Positions 33,209 through 37,327 of a stretch of 37,327 nt of DNA are shown here, piece after piece. The notes below the pieces were generated by a model. The model was not told where the DNA came from. It saw only the letters and a list, made by a program, of their open reading frames with translations, and searched no databases. A program made the position numbers and the translations under genes. Numbering within the stretch: position 1 is the stretch's first letter; the number at the start of each line of letters is the position of its first letter. Source of the DNA: an uncultured Burkholderiales bacterium (GTDB taxonomy: Bacteria > Pseudomonadota > Gammaproteobacteria > Burkholderiales > Usitatibacteraceae); the NCBI GenBank assembly GCA_964617435.1, contig CAZTYC010000001.1:859-38185 (forward strand), in the 5' to 3' direction.

Positions 33209-34051
33209 TCATCGATTTCGCTTGGACAGGAACACCAGGCGCTCGAACAGGTGGACATCCTGCTCGTTCTTCAGCAGCGCCCCGTGCAGCGGCGGGATGA
33301 GTTTGCCCGCATCGCCGGATTTCAGCGCCTCGGGAGAAATGTCCTCGGCCACCAGCAGCTTGAGCCAATCGAGCAATTCGGAGGTGGACGGCTTCTTCTT
33401 CAAACCCGGCACCTCGCGAATCTCGAAAAACACCTCGAGCGCCTGCTTGAGCAGCGCCTTCTTGATTCCCGGGAAATGCGCGTCGACGATCTTTTGCATC
33501 GTCTCGGCATCCGGGAAGCGGATGTAATGGAAGAAGCAGCGGCGCAGAAATGCGTCCGGCAATTCCTTCTCGTTGTTGCTGGTGATGAAGATGATCGGCC
33601 GGTGTTTCGCCACCACGGTCTCGCGCGTCTCGTAGCAATGAAACTCCATGCGGTCGAGCTCGCGCAGCAGGTCGTTGGGAAATTCGATGTCGGCCTTGTC
33701 GATCTCGTCGATGAGCAGCACCACGGGCGCGTCGGCCTCGAACGCCTGCCACAGCACGCCCCTGGAAATGTAGTTGCGGATGTCCTTGACCTTTTCCTCG
33801 CCCAATTGCGAATCCCGCAGGCGCGAGACGGCGTCGTACTCGTACAGCCCGTGCTGCGCCTTGGTCGTGGACTTGATGTGCCATTGCAACAGCGGCTTGT
33901 CCAATTGGCGGGCCACTTCCTCGGCCAGCATGGTCTTGCCGGTGCCCGGCTCACCCTTCACCAGCAAGGGCCGCTGCAGGGCGATGGCGGCATTCACGGC
34001 CAGCATCAGGTCGTCGGTCGCAATGTAATTCTGACTGCCCGTAAACTTCAT
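33209..34051 (-). CDS. MoxR/CoxD-like AAA+ ATPase
   Basis: Starting at Met 34051, the translation is MKFTGSQNY... Walker A is GEPGTGKT, Walker B is VVLLIDEIDKA, and FITSNNEKELPDAFLRRC follows. The upstream 46 codons of the listed ORF are unlikely to be coding. Confidence 0.88.
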   Translation of the reverse strand: MKFTGSQNYIATDDLMLAVNAAIALQRPLLVKGEPGTGKTMLAEEVARQLDKPLLQWHIKSTTKAQHGLYEYDAVSRLRDSQLGEEKVKDIRNYISRGVLWQAFEADAPVVLLIDEIDKADIEFPNDLLRELDRMEFHCYETRETVVAKHRPIIFITSNNEKELPDAFLRRCFFHYIRFPDAETMQKIVDAHFPGIKKALLKQALEVFFEIREVPGLKKKPSTSELLDWLKLLVAEDISPEALKSGDAGKLIPPLHGALLKNEQDVHLFERLVFLSKRNR

Positions 34052-34112
34052 AACCCGTTCTTCGATTGGTTGCGTTGAAGGGATTATAGAGTCCACCCCA
34101 GGAGCCCAAACG

Positions 34113-35603
34113 ATGAAATTCCGCCGCCTTCCCCTCACCCTCGCCCTGCTCGCCACCTGGAACGCCCAGTCGCAAACCGCCGTCACCATCTACTCCAGCG
34201 CCCAGCCGGGCACCCTGTCCTCCGCAACGTTTCAGAGCGGCGGTGAGGGCATGGGCGTGCCGGGCTACGCGCTGGTGAAACAGGAGCGCGAAGTCAACCT
34301 GAACAAGGGTCGCACGGCGCTGCGCATCTCGGATGTTCCCGCGCTGATCGATCCCACCACGGTGGCGTTCGAATCGATCACCGATCCGGCCGGCACGCGC
34401 GTGGTCGAGCAATCGTTCGAGTTCGATCTCACCAACACCAACAAACTGCTGCAGAAATATCTCGACCGCGAAGTCACCGTGGATCAGGCGCGCGGAACGG
34501 GGATCGAATCGATCACCGGCACGCTGCTGGGCACACAGGGCGGGCTGGTGCTGAAGATGGCCGACGGCAGCATCCGCGCCGTCAACGGCTACAGCGGCGT
34601 GCGGCTGGCGGGCCTGCCCGGCGGGCTGATTTCCAAGCCGACACTGGCCTGGGACATCGCCGCCGAGCGCGCCGGCGCGCACCGTGCACGGCTGTCCTAT
34701 CAGACCGGCGGCATCACCTGGTGGACCGATTACAACCTGACGCTCTCCGAAGACGCGGGCGCGTGCAAGCTCGATGTCGGCGCCTGGGTGACCATCGTCA
34801 ACCAGAGCGGGGCGAGCTTTGACGACGCCAAACTGAAGCTGGTGGCGGGCGATGTGCAGCGTGCCGCGCCGCGTGCCGTGGCGCCGGCGGCCGAGATGCG
34901 CACGATGGCCAAGGCGGCGATGGCGGACGGCGGCTTCGCGGAAAAATCCTTCTTCGAATATCACCTTTACACGCTGGGCCGGCCCACCACGATCAAGCAG
35001 AATTCGACCAAGCAGATCGAACTGTTCCCGATGGCGCGCGGCGCGTCCTGCGAGAAGACGCTCGTGTACCACGGGCAGGCCGGCCAGTATTTCGGCGTCT
35101 ACGGCAGCGCGATGACGGACCGCAATTTCGGCAACCAGTCGAACAAGAAGGTGGACGTGTACCTGCGCTTCAGGAACCGCGAGGACAACCGCCTGGGCGT
35201 ACCCCTGCCCGCCGGCAAGATCCGCGTCGCCAAGCTGGACAGCGCGGACCAGTCGCTGGAGTTCATCGGCGAGGACATGATCGACCACACGCCGCGCAAC
35301 GAAACCATCCAGATCAAGCTGGGAAGCGCGTTCGATGTCGTGGGCGAACGCAAGCAGCTGGACTTCCGCGTTGATTCCTCGGCCAAGTGGATGGAGGAGG
35401 ATGTCGAGATCCGGCTTCGCAACCAGAAGGACGAGCCGGTCAGCGTGATCGCCAAGGAAACGATGTACCGCTGGACCAACTGGAACGTGATCCGCAAGAA
35501 CACCGAGTTCGAGAAATTCGATTCACGCACCGCGCACTTCCCGGTAAGGATCGCCAAGGGCGGCGAAGCGGTGATCCGCTACACGGTGCGCTATTCGTGG
35601 TGA
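34113..35603 (+). CDS. DUF4139-family secreted protein (MuiA-like)
   Basis: 496 aa with a signal peptide (LALLATWNAQSQTA) and beta-rich sequence. The overall pattern (VTIYSS...ALVKQEREVNLNKGRTALRISDVPALIDPTTV) resembles DUF4140/DUF4139 proteins. The family call is by recognition only. Confidence 0.65.
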   Translation: MKFRRLPLTLALLATWNAQSQTAVTIYSSAQPGTLSSATFQSGGEGMGVPGYALVKQEREVNLNKGRTALRISDVPALIDPTTVAFESITDPAGTRVVEQSFEFDLTNTNKLLQKYLDREVTVDQARGTGIESITGTLLGTQGGLVLKMADGSIRAVNGYSGVRLAGLPGGLISKPTLAWDIAAERAGAHRARLSYQTGGITWWTDYNLTLSEDAGACKLDVGAWVTIVNQSGASFDDAKLKLVAGDVQRAAPRAVAPAAEMRTMAKAAMADGGFAEKSFFEYHLYTLGRPTTIKQNSTKQIELFPMARGASCEKTLVYHGQAGQYFGVYGSAMTDRNFGNQSNKKVDVYLRFRNREDNRLGVPLPAGKIRVAKLDSADQSLEFIGEDMIDHTPRNETIQIKLGSAFDVVGERKQLDFRVDSSAKWMEEDVEIRLRNQKDEPVSVIAKETMYRWTNWNVIRKNTEFEKFDSRTAHFPVRIAKGGEAVIRYTVRYSW

Positions 35604-35673
35604 TGGCAAAACACAAGAACTGGCGCGGCGTTTAGGGCCATTTTGGCCTGGAAGCCGCGCCGGGTCTGGGGTT

Positions 35674-35910
35674 TTACCTCTTTGAAATCACGAAGGTGAA
35701 TTCGCTGGGCGACTCCACCGAGGACAGCAGCGGGTTGCCCGTCTGCTTGCAGAACGCCGCGAAATCCTTGACCGATCCCGGGTCCGTGGCGATCACTTTC
35801 AAGACCTGGCCGGACTCCATGCCAGCCAGCGCCTTTTTGGCTCGCAGGATCGGCAACGGGCAGTTCAGGCCCTTCACGTCGAGTTCGATGTTGATGGCGG
35901 GGGTATTCAT
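35674..35910 (-). CDS. TusA/SirA-family sulfurtransferase-like protein
   Basis: Starting at Met 35910, the translation is MNTPAINIELDVKGLNCPLPILRAKKAL...VLKVIATDPGSVKDF. The CPxP active-site motif is present and the product is 78 aa. Confidence 0.85.
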   Translation of the reverse strand: MNTPAINIELDVKGLNCPLPILRAKKALAGMESGQVLKVIATDPGSVKDFAAFCKQTGNPLLSSVESPSEFTFVISKR

Positions 35911-35989
35911 GTTCAAATCGCGGTTTCGTTGCGCCTGCCACCCTTTCAACGGCGGCAGCGCATCCTATCACTGACAAGCCATTGCCACC

Positions 35990-37012
35990 ATGTTGAGCCA
36001 AATCCAACGAATTCAATCCGTGCTGCTGGCCGTCGCGTGCTGTGCTGGCGCCGGCTCCCTCGCGGCGCAGGATTCCCCGGCGACCAGTTTCCGCGCCCTG
36101 CCCCAATGGACGCCCGGGGAAAAAGCCACCTACCAGGTGCAGCAAGTGGTCAAGGAACGCACCGGCGGCAAGGAAGAGACGCGCTTCCTGTCCAACGGTC
36201 AACTGGAAATCACCGCCGTGGCGGCCAGCGCCGACTCCCTGACGTTTACCTGGCACCGCCGCATGGACAATGGCGAACTCGAAATGGTGCGCGAGCCATG
36301 GGGCATCCGCGGCAACGCGGCCTCAGAAAAGCTCATCAACAACCTGATTCGAGATGGCTTGCCCGTCACCCTGCGGCTGGACCTGCGCACGCATCGGGCC
36401 TGGGTGGAAAACCGCGAGGAACTGACACAAGCCATCCGTCGCAGCCTGCAGTCTGTAGGCGGAGATTTTTCCGGCAACGTCACCGGCGTCTATCGCGCCC
36501 AGACGCCGGGCGAGCAAAGCTCCCGCGAGCCGAGCCGCGCGCAGCTCGGCATCCAGGGTCCGCTGGTGCGGCGTGACGAAACCAAGGTGGGCTTCACGCC
36601 GCGTTCGGCGCCCGCCATCGCGGCCTGGTACGGGCGGCTCGTGCAGGGCGAGGTCGAGGATTTCCTCGGCCTGCTGGGTCGAACGTATGCACCGGAATCC
36701 GAAAGCACCACCGGCGGCGCCAAGCGATCCTACCGGGCCACCGGTCCCGGCGATGTGCTGCTGACGCTGACCAGCGCGCCCGCCGTGCCGGAGCCACAGG
36801 ACGCGGCGCCGGTGGACGAGGACAAGGATGGCCGTCCCGCCGCAGTCGGTCTCGCCGGCGGCGCCGTGGCGCCCTTGGCGTTCGATGCCAAGGTCGAGGT
36901 CACCACCCCTTCCGTGTGGCCCAAGCGCGCGGCCATCGTGCGCACCGAGGCTGCTTCCGGCGATGCCGACGCCAAGCGCACCACGCAACGCCGCGTGTAT
37001 CTTCGCCAGTAG
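35990..37012 (+). CDS. Secreted hypothetical protein
   Basis: 340 aa with a signal peptide (SVLLAVACCAGAGSLAAQD). I recognised no family. Its stop codon sits within the SD region of the following chrA. Confidence 0.6.
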   Translation: MLSQIQRIQSVLLAVACCAGAGSLAAQDSPATSFRALPQWTPGEKATYQVQQVVKERTGGKEETRFLSNGQLEITAVAASADSLTFTWHRRMDNGELEMVREPWGIRGNAASEKLINNLIRDGLPVTLRLDLRTHRAWVENREELTQAIRRSLQSVGGDFSGNVTGVYRAQTPGEQSSREPSRAQLGIQGPLVRRDETKVGFTPRSAPAIAAWYGRLVQGEVEDFLGLLGRTYAPESESTTGGAKRSYRATGPGDVLLTLTSAPAVPEPQDAAPVDEDKDGRPAAVGLAGGAVAPLAFDAKVEVTTPSVWPKRAAIVRTEAASGDADAKRTTQRRVYLRQ

Positions 37013-37024
37013 GAATCGACGCGT

Positions 37025-37327
37025 TTGCCACCCGTCCGGTTTTCCGAGGCGCTGCGCTTCTGGCTGAAACTGGGATTCATCAGCTTTGGCGGGCCGGCGG
37101 GGCAGATTGCGATCATGCACCGCGAGCTCGTCGAGCAGAAGCGCTGGATCTCCGAGAAGCGCTTCCTGCATGCGCTCAACTATTGCATGGTGCTTCCCGG
37201 CCCCGAGGCGCAACAACTGGCGACCTACATCGGCTGGCTGATGTTCGGCGTGCGCGGCGGGCTGGTGGCCGGCGGACTGTTCGTGCTGCCCTCGCTCGTG
37301 ATTCTCATCGCGCTCTCGTGGCTGTAT
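37025..37327 (+). CDS. chrA: Chromate ion transporter (CHR family), N-terminal fragment continuing beyond the window
   Basis: The translation is ...[66 protein letters not shown], a characteristic ChrA N-terminus. The frame opens at 37013. I infer a TTG start at 37025 with AGGAA 9 nt upstream. Confidence 0.85.
   Translation, partial: MPPVRFSEALRFWLKLGFISFGGPAGQIAIMHRELVEQKRWISEKRFLHALNYCMVLPGPEAQQLATYIGWLMFGVRGGLVAGGLFVLPSLVILIALSWLY

Noticed and set aside
33951-37216. Long ORFs 33951..35288 (-), 35591..36256 (-) and 36323..37216 (-)
   Set aside because: They are antisense to the DUF4139 and secreted-hypothetical genes. Their composition is Arg/Ala/Gly-rich and I saw no motifs.

Overview
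High-GC (about two-thirds G+C by eye) chromosomal segment. Gene content and codon style suggest a Burkholderiales-type betaproteobacterium, but that is inference only. I support 23 protein-coding genes; antisense shadow ORFs are abundant and were discarded. I saw no rRNA, tRNA, CRISPR array, transposase or integrase. Layout: (i) 1-4650 is housekeeping and signalling: a partial acyl-CoA synthetase, a Crp/Fnr regulator, a PAS-GGDEF cyclase, DUF1761 and an HCCA-isomerase-like DsbA protein. (ii) 4691-21638 is the most unusual block. On the minus strand it encodes a secreted histidine phosphatase, a 2481-aa secreted Ig/FN3-repeat protein with three CXXCH haem-attachment motifs and a C-terminal dockerin, a signal-peptide-bearing minimal ATP-dependent DNA ligase (Lig E type), and a second secreted histidine phosphatase. 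On the plus strand, divergently, it encodes a ~1606-aa autotransporter with an N-terminal CXXCH and an extra C-terminal beta-rich extension, then a 650-aa lipoprotein with CXXCH motifs. (iii) 21712-31867 holds two FecR-plus-CHASE2 sensory modules. One is a tandem pair of Tat-signal FecR paralogs divergent from a CHASE2 class III cyclase and an MBL hydrolase. The other is a response regulator / LysM-FecR / CHASE2 histidine kinase operon. (iv) 31933-37327 encodes a MoxR-type AAA ATPase with a VWA protein, DUF4139, a TusA-like protein, a secreted hypothetical and the start of chrA. The best candidate for an undescribed system is block (ii), a cell-surface locus that combines haem-motif giant adhesin-like proteins with a secreted DNA ligase and phosphatase pair. 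All functional readings come from motif recognition by eye and need HMM, structure and experimental confirmation.
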